This document shows positions 1-13,007 of a stretch of DNA of 64,000 bases, one piece after another. Position 1 is the stretch's first letter. Each line of letters opens with the position of its first letter. The stretch covers positions 30,320,001 through 30,384,000 of the forward strand of contig NC_087245.1 in NCBI RefSeq assembly GCF_037042905.1, given 5' to 3'. The notes beneath the pieces are model-generated. The model was not told where the DNA came from. It searched no databases and was given only the letters and a program-made list of their open reading frames with translations. The stretch is from Lytechinus pictus (lineage: Eukaryota). Made by a program: the position numbers and the translations under genes.

Positions 1-1144
1 TATTTCATGTTCTATGGAGATAAAAAAAAAGTACTTTTTCAGTTCACTTTATGTCAAATCAATTACTTGAATTAAGATAAGTCTACTATTCATAGTTTCT
101 GAATCCAAATCCTGTAATTAAATGAATTATATATTGTGTGTCGTACGGGACAACTATTAATAGGACAATTATTGAAAAATGAAGGGCAGTAATTAGATCC
201 TTATGGGATAAATCGATCACCCATGGGTCAAAGATAGAGAAACTGATTTTGTGAAATTGCATCATCAAAAATAAAATTGTAGGAAAAACTTTTGCACTTT
301 CATGTGTCGTACGGGACATTGCCAAAAATAGATTCGCAAAAATCAGAGCTGCCCCTATTATGGATCATGAAAATGTTGTAGATATTATTTGGAACATTCA
401 GTGATACATTATTCCATTGACCTGCAATATTTTCAATCTTCTCGTGCTTTGCCAATAATTGTTTCAGGCAGTGTTTGTACTTGACTATTTAATTAGCAAA
501 ATTATTGAAAATTGAAAATTCAATTGTTCCCCCCCCCCCCAAAAAAAAAAAAAACTATATCTGACTTCACTTTTGGTTAAAACTCATTATTTTCATAAAA
601 TTTAGGTATCATAGTAAAATATTACACCACTTATGACTTATTGAAAGCATGATGAAATTTATGATATTTTTGAAGTTCTAGTGTGGAATCGCCCAATTGT
701 GTAGTCTTTGAGCAGGAATAAATAAATAAGTAAAATAATAATTATAACAATGCTCTAAAATTGTTTGGTTTTGTTTTTGTTGTTCAAACTGTGGTGTTAT
801 ATTATGGTTCGACGCTTATTTTCCAAGATTCGTCAATTTAACATCCAATAAGGTGTACTGACAGTGGCGTAGGCCTACTTCTGGTAGGGTTTGTGTCTTT
901 GTGGGGCGCGCTGCTGTTCCCCCATCCCCCCCCCCCCGCCCATCCCCCATATTTTCTTCAAAATGTTTGTGTGTGTATATGTGTGTGTGTATGTGTGTGT
1001 GTGTGTGCCAACCACTGGGCGTACTCCCCCTGTTCGGCGGCCCAAAAAAAAAAAAAAATTAACTCAATCGTATAAAGTATAGATATCAAAGTAGACAATC
1101 AATAGACAAAATAAATATCAAAATAGACAAATTCGAATTAGACG

Positions 1145-1510
1145 ATGAAGGTCCTTATACTTTTTCGTAAAGGGTGTATATTTGTCTCCCAAATGTTATT
1201 AGGTAATCTTTATTATCCAACAAGAGATAGAATACGGAAGCAAATAGAATTCTTGGGGAAAAAATCACATCTTTACTCTTGTAATTATTCTGTAATTTTA
1301 GGAAGGGATTTCAATATAATTTTAAATGAGTCTTTTGGTTACATGGGACCTAAAACTCACTCACAGACTAGGTTTTCAAGTAGCTTGGACCTGTTTCTTA
1401 AGAAATGTGATTTGTCAGATATATGGAGGAAAAGAAACCCAAGCAGGAAACAATGCACTTTTAGGCAAAAGAGCCCACCAGTACAATCACACTTAGATTA
1501 TAGGTTTGAA
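1145..1510 (+). pseudogene. Degraded L1/Tx1-type LINE endonuclease (APE) fragment
   Basis: Translation has GNLYYP, ILGRDFN, SDIWR, TF and SHLDY, matching the APE motifs NxYAP, GDFN, DxWR and SRIDY; no RT follows. Confidence 0.8.
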
Positions 1511-1579
1511 TCTCATCATCAAACAAAAACAAAATGGCATGAGGTAGTATGATACATGTCAGGCTAAATTAAATGTCCC

Positions 1580-2333
1580 TAGAAGTAATGTACTTAAATG
1601 AAAACTCATTTAGTTAGCCATAACTTCAAATTAAGTTAATACTACCCAAATAAACCTCAAGTCATCTTACAAAACCATGTCATCACTCTCAGTCGATTAT
1701 AAGTCGATTATAAGAGGTTGTTTTATTTTCAGTTTTATGCAAAACATAATATGAACTGCTTTCCCCCCACCAAAAAAAATACCTAGACAGGATATGGAAT
1801 AAAGTAATGTTATCTAGTCCTGAAAATCCACAAAGTGAGCCATAATAACTTCAGGTAAGGTAAATACCACCTTTATTGACCTCAGGTAAGCAACATAAAA
1901 CATATCATTACTTTGATTCGATTTTAATAAGGTATACAGTCACACGGCAGAGGTTGTTTTATTTTCAGCTTTCTGCTAAAGTAAGATACCAACTGCTCTA
2001 CCCCCCCCCAAAAAAAAAAAGAAGATTATATTAAGATATGGATAGGATATTGGAATAAGGTAATCTTATCTAGTCCTGAAAATCCACAAAGTGAGCCATG
2101 ATAACTTGAGGTAAGATGAACACCACCATTATTGACCTCAAGTCAGCAAACTAAAACATATCATCACTTTGAGTCGATTTTAATGAGGGATATCTTACTT
2201 TAGATACTGTATATATTTTAGGTCAGTTTCACGCTAAAGTAAGATACCAACTGCTCCACCCCCCCAAAAAAAAAAAAACTATTATATTAAGATATGGACA
2301 GGATATGGGAATAACGTAATGTTATCTATTCCT
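1580..2333. repeat. Degenerate tandem repeat, unit about 255 bp, about 3 copies
   Basis: GTAAT(G/C)TTATCTA(G/T)TCCTG recurs near 1804, 2060 and 2316, with shared downstream blocks (AACTGCT..CCCCCCAAAA, GGATATGGAATAA). Confidence 0.8.
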
Positions 2334-5037
2334 GTGCATAAGTGAGACGTGGTTGAATGGATCTATATCGAATAGTCTTGTTTCAGTACCAGGTTACGAT
2401 CTTACAAGACATGATAGACCAGACGGGAGAAGAGGAGGTGGTGTTTGCATGTATATCAACCGTAACATTGAGTATACTCTAAGGTGTGATCTTATTGATA
2501 ACTCATTAGAAGCAACTTGGATCGAATTTTCTCCTAACAAGGATGTTAAATTAATTGTCGGTTGTCTATATAGGCCTCCTGATGCAGACGATATATACTC
2601 AGAAAAAATACCAGATACAATAGAGAAAATAAGAAATGTGAATGAAGAACTGATTCTTCTTGGTGATACAAATATTGATTATAGAAATAATGATTTACAA
2701 CCCAATAATCTTATCGCTAATATTGAAAACTTATTTCTCCTCACCCAACTGGTTGATAAACCAACAAGGGTAACTCTTACGTCATCAAAATGCATTGATC
2801 ATATTCTGAGTTCGATTCCAAATAAACATAGTATGTGTGATGTAGCAAACATTTCACTTAGTGACCATTACCTGGTATATACATGTGTCAATTTTAAGAA
2901 ACAAACAAAGGATCATACCGTCAGGCGTTTTCGAGATTATAAAAAATTTAATGAATCTGATTTTATCGAAAGGTTGAAAAATACAAAGTGTTTCGATGTT
3001 ATCGGTAATAATATATTAAAGGACTTGTCTGTTCAGACAGCATGGATAAAATGGAAGGATGCTCTTTTAGAAATAAGCAATGAATTTGCTCCAATGAAAG
3101 AAGCAAGAATGAAAAAGCGATTTAATCCCTGGATAACCCCAGACATCGTTAATCTTATTCATAGGAGAGATTATTTAAAACATAAATTTGATACTTCTAA
3201 ATGTCCAGAAACCCTGAATGAATATCGGAGAATAAGAAATAAAATTACTTGCATGATAAGAGAAAAGAAAAAAGAATACTACAATAATATATCCTGTGAA
3301 TATAATAATGATCCTAAGAAACTATGGAATGAGTTACACGCTGTCACAGGCAACAATAAATATGAGAATAACACATGTGAGGTTGACTGTGATGAAATGA
3401 ACAATCATTTTGCAAGTATTGGTAAAATGATAGCAAATACTTTTTCTGAAAAAAAATTTGAATGGAAACATCCTGAATGTGTTTATTCTTTTGAATTTAG
3501 AAATGTTGAGATAAACAAAATCTTAAAACATCTTACTCACCTTGACAAAATCAGTAAGGTGGATGTTTTAGGCCTAGATACAAAATTATTAAATATCGCA
3601 GCACCATTCATATGTGACTCTCTAACCCTAATCTACAATAAAAGTTTATCTTCTGGCGAAATACCCGACGACTGGAAAATAGCACGAACAACCCCGGTTT
3701 ATAAAGGCAAGGGTTCAAAAAAAGATAAAAATAATTACAGGCCTATTTCTGTTGTTAGCCATGTTGCTAAGATCATCGAAAAAGAGGTTCAATCCCAACT
3801 AATGAAATACTTAAATGAAAATGACATGATCAATGTCGATCAATCAGCCTTTTTATCTAATCACTCTACCTGTACTAGTCTCCACCGCATACTTGATGAT
3901 TTTTATGAAGCCATAAATGAAAGTGAAAAAGTAGCTGCTTGCTTCTAAGATATTTCCAAATGCTTTGATTGCATCGATTATGATTTACTGATTTATAAAT
4001 TAGAGAAGTATGGAATACGTAGCAATCAGCTTAAATGGTTTCAGAGTTATATTGCTAATAGAAAGCAAACTGTACAGCATCAAGGTAAACGATCACAGAT
4101 GAGGAACCTCACAATAGGTATTCCTCAGGGTAGTGCCCTTGGCCCCACCCTTTTCCTCATCTTTATTAATGATATTTCGGAATATGTTACAAATGGTTCA
4201 TGCAATATATTCGCTGATGATGTTATGGTTTATGTTAGTGGAAAAGATAATACTGATGCAAATACAAAATTACAGGCAAACATGGTTGAAATCAATAAAT
4301 GGTATGTTAATAACAGACTTCGAATTAATAAAGATAAAACTAAGGTGATGCTATTAAAATCAAAATCCTTAAATGAACTCAACATTTATATTGAAGGGCA
4401 CAAGATTAAGCAAGTCAATAACATAAAATATCTTGGACTCATGATTGATGATAAGTTGAAATGAAATGCTCACACTAATATTCTATGTAAATCTATCGCA
4501 TACAAAGTCCATATTCTTGCCAAACTTAGTAAATTTGTTAACTCTAACTTATTGAACATATTGTATAAATCCACAATTCAACCATGCTATGATTATGCAT
4601 GCTCTGTATGGGGTAATTGCCCAGAAGTGTACAAAAAGAAATTGTTGAGAACACAGACAAGAGCAGCACGAATAGTAACGAAAAACGTTGATTATGAGAA
4701 ATACAATGGAACCAAGTTAATGACGGACTTGTCGTGGCCAAACATTGAACAAAGACGCAACTACTTCCTTGCAATACTTATGTACAAATGCATTAATGAC
4801 ACTGCTCCTGGACGATTATGTAATGAAATTGAGATGTATTGTGACCGCCATGGATTTAACACAAGAAACGCCGATTCTTTAAATGTAATAATCCCTAAAC
4901 CTAAGCTAGAATTATTCAAATAGTCATTTAAATATGCTGGTGCTAAAATATGGAACGAGCTTCCACCCAGTCTCCAAAATGCAACATCACTCGATAATTT
5001 TAAACTTAAATACAAGAAATTAATTCTAAAACCCTGA
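2329..5037 (+). pseudogene. LINE ORF2 disabled by three in-frame stops (3946-3948, 4462-4464, 4921-4923)
   Basis: ORFs 2353, 4099 and 4552 share one frame; the stops fall in conserved contexts F*DISK, LK*NAH and FK*SFKY. Confidence 0.92.
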
Positions 5038-5705
5038 TGTGCAATTCATATGTACTTTATTACCTGAGAGTTTTAATTGTTTAATGATAGAAATTGTAAC
5101 ACAAACCCCAATATGCAGTCTTATGTTCATTTTATATACCATTTTGTTCAAATACACTTCGATCCAAACATTGTTTTCTTTTTTTATAGTACCTATATCT
5201 TTGTAGCAATTCATTACAATTTATTATGTATCATTTTTTTTTTATTTATAATTCAGTTTGCTTTTTAGATACATGAAACACAATTTTTTATGTATTCTCA
5301 TACTTTTATGTAAATTATACCACTTTTTAAAATTTCTATCGCATATCAGTGTTCAACTTCTGAATATTTTTTATTATCCTTATTTTTATCGATTTTTATA
5401 TAGTTCTGTAACCATTAATTCATATACTTTGTCTCTGAATATTGTACTTTAATTCGCTGTTAAATACTTATATTTAATCACATTTAATTTATTTCTTTGT
5501 AAAACATTTTGTAAATTTTATTGTATTGCATTATATCATTTTAAGCACATTTTTTAGATATTACTTTGCTTTTTATCTCATCTTAAATATATTATTCTTT
5601 ACATGTATTTATGTTTTTTAATGTCAGGACCATGATGTAAAATAGTTTTTAACTGATCTTGTCATCCTGAATAAATATATTTGAATAAATAAATAAATTA
5701 ATTAA
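2329..5705 (+). mobile_element. 5'-truncated CR1/L2-group non-LTR retrotransposon: ORF2 (APE + RT), long 3' UTR, (AATA)n tail
   Basis: One frame 2329-5037 with SETWL, YRPP, GDTN, SDH, NYRPIS, DISKCFD, PQGSALGP, FADD and KYLG; AT-rich 3' UTR ending in GAATAAATAAATAAAT. Confidence 0.95.
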
Positions 5706-5922
5706 TCCCCTGCATCTTCAAACCATTTGCCTGGGCAGCAATTGCTCAGACTAAATCGAAATTAAGCGTATGCTTGATCCGGCCGCCTATACTTAATGCA
5801 ATACATGTTTGGCAACAACAACACACATGTATCATCGTTCGTTATTTTATCATTGCATAATATCATGTTATCTTGTAAGGACAACAACACCTTTCTTTTT
5901 ACCAAAATGAATTAATATCATT

Positions 5923-6068
5923 TTCGGAAATACAAACCTTATTTAATTTTCGGATTAACGAGCCTTATTTCGTTTTCAGACTAACGAACCTTCGGATTAA
6001 CGAACCTTATTTCGTTTTCGGATTAACGAACCTTCGGACTAACGAACCTTCGGAATAACGAAGCTTAT
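5923..6068. repeat. Short minisatellite of TTCGGA(T/C/A)TAACGAACC units
   Basis: About 7 copies of a 15-bp core, some separated by TTATTTCGTT. Confidence 0.85.
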
Positions 6069-6452
6069 GAAATACGAATGTATGCGCATGTTTTATGCCA
6101 CGTTTACAGTCCAGGAGGGTATTTTATTTCGTATATTGTCATCAACTCTCTCGTTTGCACCTTCCTTGCATATTCGTTGTGTTATCAAGCGAAACTCTAA
6201 AGGATTAGCAGTCTTGATTCCCGATTAGATTAGATTTTTAAAGTCAGTTCAACTTATTTACTTGAAGCGGCCTTGATCTGTAATGATTTTTCCGATTTCA
6301 CCCTCTCTTCTGGTAGCAATACGATTTAGGGTGATTTCCTAACATAGCATTTGAATTTGCCAAGAACACTTCTATATGCTCAATATAATACCGTCGGGAC
6401 TATCATGACATGCCTGCAGGTACTGATGATCCATGCGACACTGAATGGCATA

Positions 6453-9400
6453 CACAGAGATACGATCTTACGTATACGTAAGCTCCCGAAGGGAGCTAGA
6501 GAGGGAACTCTTTTCGCGCGTTTTTGATTTTCCATAGGTTTTGTACATAACAAACATGGCTGCCATTTGGCCAATTTGAAGGTTGATTTTGGAAGGTCAA
6601 TGTTTAATTCATGAGTAATGACGTCAAAATACGCATAATGCACTTGTACGATTGGATAAAACGCTAATGTTTTATTCATGTCCTTATGCATTAAACATTT
6701 TTTTCCTTCCCACAATTCCCTACGATATCTGTGCGAGGTGTCGTTCTTTTTTACTCTGCGAAATTCAACATTTGAAATACAATAGCAAGACTAATTATCT
6801 GTTTATAGAATTAGTATCCGGAATCATGATTTCTGAGTGAAATTCAGTTGAGCAGAAAATGATGAGGGAACATCTACATCAAAGTAATGGCATTCCATAC
6901 AAATAAAAGTAAGTTAAGTTCAATTTCGTGCTTTGATCTCGGTTGTAATTGTAATGTGTTTGCTGCTGGGGTTCGGCGTCGCAGTCAGGGCCTTATGTAC
7001 CGTACCGTACTTTGTGTAGTTTACTACGGAAACCACAATTTCCATATTTCCATTAAGTTACTGAGATCTGAATCCGGATCTGACTGACATATTTTCTCAG
7101 AAAATAATAGTTTTTCGTAGAACTAAGTTGGTTAATTAGAATGCTTCATGTCCGTCCTTATTAAATCTGTATTTCAGTACATTGTCATATATCAGGGGTA
7201 GATGTGGACTTGTTCAGTAACGGCAAAGCTGCATTAAATCTAAGCCAAATAATATAGTCAGACTCAGAGTGGGAAATGGGCATTGATACCGCCGGTGCCA
7301 GCCGGCTGTAAAATTGCCGATGGCGATGTAGGCTAGGTCATTAGGTGTTGGGAATTAATGTCACTGACAGTGACAAGCTTGAGTTGAAGTTTAAAGTTGG
7401 GCCTGAGCCTACTGATTTTTTGACACCGCTATTCCATCTTTATATGAATCAATATAATTCTCTGCATTTAAAAAGAAATTAATTTTAAATCAATTATTTA
7501 AATGAACTGGGGCCTAACTTTAGATCTATTTGGAATGATTATTGATATCGGTAGATTTACCACTGCCCACTGGTGGAATGGTTTGAGACAGATTTTAACA
7601 TTAGTCTTTTTTTACTAAAAAGTAAGGCCCTAGGATAGGTCTAACTTAGATCTTGATTTCTAAAAATGAAATTCTAGATCTGTCTGGTTTGACTTTTTCT
7701 ACGAAGATTTAAATTAACTTTATTCTAGTCCCTGCCTGGACCGTTGGACTAAAATTATATAACGGAGTTAAATGATTCTTATTTTTTGGGGACAACATTT
7801 CTTTGTCAGGTTTCAAACTGCTCAGTTATCGTATACCATGAGTGCAATTTTCTTATGGGAAGGGGTGACAAAATTTAAAGTGCCCCATTCTGAATTTTAT
7901 AAGTATACTATAAGTAGAGAGAGGGCTGATCCAATTGATTTATCTTTATTGTCCTCCTCACTTGACCATATTTATGGTGAAAGGCAAAGGGTCATTTAAA
8001 CTTTCGAGCAAGCTAACTTTTTTTAAAAATCAAACTTAAAGAGGAACTCACTAAGATGTAGAGATTCACATGTTTATAGATCTAGACGATTTAAAAAAAA
8101 AAAACAACGAATGAGCGAGAGCTAATTTATCACACAAATAATAATTATCCTACATCTGTCAAAGCTGGCTTGGTGTATAAGATTGACAAAAGGCCTCGCT
8201 ATAGTAGGCCACGTATATGCTTGAACCATTTACTGACTCTTATTGACAATGAAGATGGTCAGTCGAAACAGAGCCAGGTAGGCCTATGCCTATTTCGTCA
8301 GTGGAACATAATACATAGAGAAGGAAGTTTTCGGTCAAGACCAGCTTTTTTTCTAGTTGGGAATATTCATAGGCTTAGGATAGGACTAGCTGGAAATTTT
8401 GAAAATATTGTTTTAAAAGAGGAATTTTGTTTATCACCTCTAAAATTCTAAACTGTAAAGTACATGTATTGTGTGTATTTTGAATTGCAGATCCAATGGG
8501 ATCAAGTTCTTAGCAGTCCCAGCCCAGTCAGAAGTACAAAGTCAACTACCATTTACACATCACCAAGAGTTACAGTCTGATGAGGAACAGGATATTTGAA
8601 CTGAAAACTTGTAAGGTATGCTTGTTTTCGTTAAAAAAAGGCCTCCTATTTCTTTTTTATTGGGGGGGGGAGGGCTATAGCAAGTAAAGCTCCGCTGTGA
8701 GTAAATATTTTTTTGGATTCAGATTCACCAGTATTTCCATTCTCATCAATGCATACTTATTGTCCATGTCTCTTATCTTATCTACATGAGTCATATGTGA
8801 TATCACTTTAAAACTCAGTTACTTTGTAGACAGAAATAAAAGAGGACAAAATATTGAGAGTAATTTTATGATACATATTTGAATGAGTTTACACACTTAA
8901 TCAAAAAAGTTCTATGAATAATGCTTTATAAATAGTGATCTATGATTTTTATCTGGCTATATAGATTACTACATGTGCATTATCTAAACAATATTGCATG
9001 GAAGATTAGGGCCTAATTAAAAGTTTAAAACTTCTTAATAAACTGAACTAGATGAGTAAGAATAATTTATATCAGCAGCTCATTTTGTTCTTTTCTTTTT
9101 TGTGTTTACCATGCAGGTTCCGCAGGCAGTTTGAGTATCACCAGGGCAGATTATAAGAAGAAATATGGAGGCCAAGTTCATAACAAGTAGCTACTTCATC
9201 ACAAGTACACATTTTAAAAATTGAATGAATTTGAATAAACATGTCAATACATATTGAATGTTGCTTGGACTACACATCTGTAGAAAAAAAATTGGAGTAT
9301 TGATATTTAGGTCCATAGGTTTCACACAAGATTGAAATATTTTACCAAAGGGCACACCTACCCACCCTTTATTAATGTTATAATCATCTACATGTAGTTG

Positions 9401-11699
9401 TAGTGAAAGAACTGTTAATGATATAAGTAGTTTGAAAGGGATAAGTTGTATTCTGGTAATATAATCAATTCAGAATGGGTCTTTACTGAGTTCTGGGCTA
9501 TGTACATGCCTACAGACATACATAAGACAATAAGAAATTTTCATTGAAAATGTGCATACTAAAAAAAACAAGGTGACAGAACAAAATCACTCTCACTCCT
9601 GGACCCCATTTCATTAAGTCTAACCACTACTCTAACTCTTTGCCATTCTGGTAATTACCATGGAAACATTAAAGTAACAGATCAACATTGAGGTTCCCAT
9701 GCTAGTTGCTAGTTACAATTGGGGCAAATTTACCATAATTGACGTCTTTATGAAACAAGGATCTGTAGTGCTGGACATTAAGCTGTTGAATTTATTTTTG
9801 GGGGAAGTGAAAAGTTGCACTGTTTTGTTCGTTTTTAATCTCTTTTTGTTCTTGTAGCACTGTATTGTTCATGTCCCGTATTATGAACTAAATTAGCTCT
9901 TCAAATGAAAAAAAAATTGTTGGAAATAGAACACAGCTCTAGCAGCACTTCACAACAATAGACAATAAGCAATTTTGTTACTAATTTACTAATGTGCAGA
10001 TTTGGGAAGGCACTCTTCAGAGAAATGTGGCAATGTGCTCCCTTTTTTGTGAAGTGCCCTCAGTTAGATTAGCACGCTATTTCTTGTCAGCAAATGCTGA
10101 AAAAAAATTACTTGATATTTGAGTAACCGACTTTGAGAGAGAGGTATATCGTTAATTTTTTTAATGACATCCTTGATGTCCCCTTATATTGACTATATAA
10201 GGCTTATCAATACCTATGAAAGTGATTTTTTTAAATTTGTTTTCTCTAGATTTTACCAAAAAAATTACATCCCCTCCCTTGTAACAGCCTTGCAATTTCT
10301 GTTGCATTCATTATATGCATTTTGCTGATGTAATGTGATGCTTTGGCGAGAAAAAGAGGATAGGAATATTTTGATCACATATTCAGAAATTGATTCCTTA
10401 ATAAATATTTTAATTTGAAATATACTTTCTAATCTTGATATTCGTGATTTATTTATTCACATTGCGTGAAAGATATGTGATAATGATGTTATTGCTACCA
10501 AACTGTGTTGTGATGTAGGTAATGATGATAATGAAGAATACTTCTATATGACTGGAATATGATGGTGCTACTGATTGATTGATTGTGTTTGTCAGGTATC
10601 TATGGGTATAATACTAGTACAACAGGTAAGAGTATAACATAAAGTATCAAAATACCATGCATGCATGGCAAGATAGCCCATAAAAATATGGCATACTGTG
10701 ACATTTTAAGATCAGGTGCAGCCAAATTAGATATTCTTCCTAAAGAGATAAATGAGTTTGATTTAAGAGTGGGATAAAAATGATATGAGAATAATTGTTT
10801 GCTCGCATGATTATGTGGTACATGTATGTGTGTGTGTGGAAGAGAGAGGGGGGAAGGGTGGGATCGATGGATAGATTTTGGGGCGGGCAGGTACAAATAA
10901 AATTTCATCTTGTTTGGAAGTGACCTTTTTAAGATAGCCTTGATGAGAGTGAATTCATGCGGGGGGAGGGGGGGTATTGGGCTGTCTTAATTTTGCTCCC
11001 ATCCCAAACTCAGAATTTTTTTTTTTTTATCTTTATAAGATTTGCACCAGATTGTTCATTTCAATTTCAAAATAAAGACAAAATGGCCTTCTAAATTGCT
11101 TTGCTCTCTTGCTCAGATTTCTCTGATCATTTTAAGTATTTACCCCCCCCCTAAAAAAGAACCCAAACATATAAATAATTATGGCTATTAATGATGTGTA
11201 ATGAAAATAATATGCAGTGATGACTGCATGAATAGATCGAGCAAGCAGATCCCTAAGTTCAATTCTATTAATGAATTCCTTGTAAGCTTCCACATTTCTT
11301 CAAGGGAAATAGCTATAGCAAATAAATAATTTTATTAATTGATGTAGTAATAATCGCGACAGGAAAATATGTAAACAAGGAAAGATGAATTAACAACTGA
11401 ATACCGGGGGTGAACGGGGGAATGAATGACATAATCTACTTTATTAATATTATTTACCAAAGACGCAACTCTATAATCAATCACGTCGCGCATTATGCTA
11501 ATTAGTAACAATATACTTATTTGCATATCTTTACGCTGTGCGCGCAGGCCAATTATGACCACGCCTCCGTTTCGCTGGTGTGCCATGAAGTTGCGGTGTC
11601 CATAGGCTTGTACGCGAAAAATGGGAGCAGTGTGCACTTTTGACCTTCCAAAATTTCCCCATGTCTAACCGGATGCAGAAGCGGAGTTTCACCCCCCTG
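6453..11699. mobile_element. Putative unclassified non-autonomous DNA transposon, 5.25 kb, 8-bp TSD, CA...TG ends without real TIRs
   Basis: ATGGCATA at 6445-6452 and 11700-11707; inverted 15-mer ATTTTGGAAGGTCAA (6586-6600) / TTGACCTTCCAAAAT (11640-11654); no transposase ORF. Confidence 0.6.
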
Positions 11700-12353
11700 A
11701 TGGCATAGAGAAATAGCGCCCTCCAAAGCTAGAGTGACGACAAAATTAATTTCAGCAATGTCGTCTCCTCTTTCATTGAAAATAACACTGACGTTCATTT
11801 GTCAATAATAATTTAATCAAAAGCTTATAATTCAATTTGTAAATTAAAGTATTTCATTCCGATGGGGGCTAAATCCACTTTTGACCAAAATTGATTTTAA
11901 ATGTAAATATATGTTTCTTAGACGTAGGAATAAAATACACGATAGAGGCACTATATCGCATTTGAAAACATTTTGAGGAAGGTTGGCAAAAATTGATTAC
12001 AAATTTCAGCTTTATTCCAAAAGGAGCTAAATCCAAAACAGTTTCATTCCAAAAGGAGCTAAATCCACTATTATGATTTAAGAATGGTCAATTTTACCAC
12101 TTCTCCTGAAGTTGTGCATTCAGATTGTAAAGTACTTGTTGTGGATACAAGTTCACGCCATCAGTGCAAATTTGGAGATTAATAACAGAGTTATACTGTT
12201 ATTATGTTATTTTGGATCAAGCTCATTTTGGAATAAGACATGTCTAAAGACAAATTTGAAAATATTCAAATTTTTAACAATTTTTCAATTCGTAATTGAT
12301 AAATGTCAAAAAAAGATGTAAAATGTGCTCTGTTACTAATATTTATGTATTAT

Positions 12354-12630
12354 GGAGCGTTGTGGCCCAGTGGATTAGTCTTCGGACTTTGAAACAGAGG
12401 GTCGTGGGTTCGAATCCCAGCCATTGCGTAATTTCCTTCAGCAAGAAACTGATCCACAGTGTGCTGCACTCAACCCAGGTGAGGTAAATGGGTACCGGTA
12501 GGAAGTAATTCCTTTAAAAGCTGTGTGCGCCATGAACGCCTAGCTTAGCCGGGTAAAATAGGAGCGCCTTGAGCACCTAACAAGGTGGATATGTGCGCAA
12601 TATACATACCCTATAATATTATTATTATTA
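12354..12630 (+). mobile_element. tRNA-derived SINE with Deu/Nin-like core
   Basis: Pol III A box TGGCCCAGTGG, B box GTTCGAATCC, core CACTCAACCCAGGTGAGGTAAATGGGTACC, (ATT)n tail; near-identical to 18819-19091. Confidence 0.92.
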
Positions 12631-12908
12631 TTTCGTGTTCAAATTCTATTATTAAATTTTTTTGATCGCATCATTCTTACTTTTAGGAGAGGCTTACCTT
12701 TTGTGTACATTTATTTCAGTGTGCCCTTCCGTCTAATTCTCCAACTCCCGAACACATAATACACACACCAACACTCCTCACGTAAAAACGTATCTTCCTT
12801 TCTCTTTATTTCTCTCTTTTTTTCCTCTCTCGTTCTTTATTTCTCTGTTTTTTCCCACTTCCCCTCTGACCCCCCTCTCGCAACACTTCTTCGCTCCGCA
12901 TCGGCCCG

Positions 12909-12909
<1 letters not shown>

Positions 12910-13006
<97 letters not shown>
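12910..13006. repeat. (TTTC)n microsatellite
   Basis: Direct inspection; explains the KERK ORFs on the minus strand. Confidence 0.98.

Positions 13007-13007
<1 letters not shown>

Noticed and set aside
862..1017. hAT-like MITE CAGTGG...CCACTG
   Set aside because: Only 6-bp terminal symmetry and the candidate TSD is offset by 2 bp; too degraded to call
5923..6068. CRISPR or iteron-like short repeats
   Set aside because: Spacers are absent or identical and there are no associated genes; it is a minisatellite
12354..12425. tRNA gene (also 18819-18890 and 50920-50992)
   Set aside because: Acceptor stem does not pair, and the sequence runs straight into a SINE core and tail
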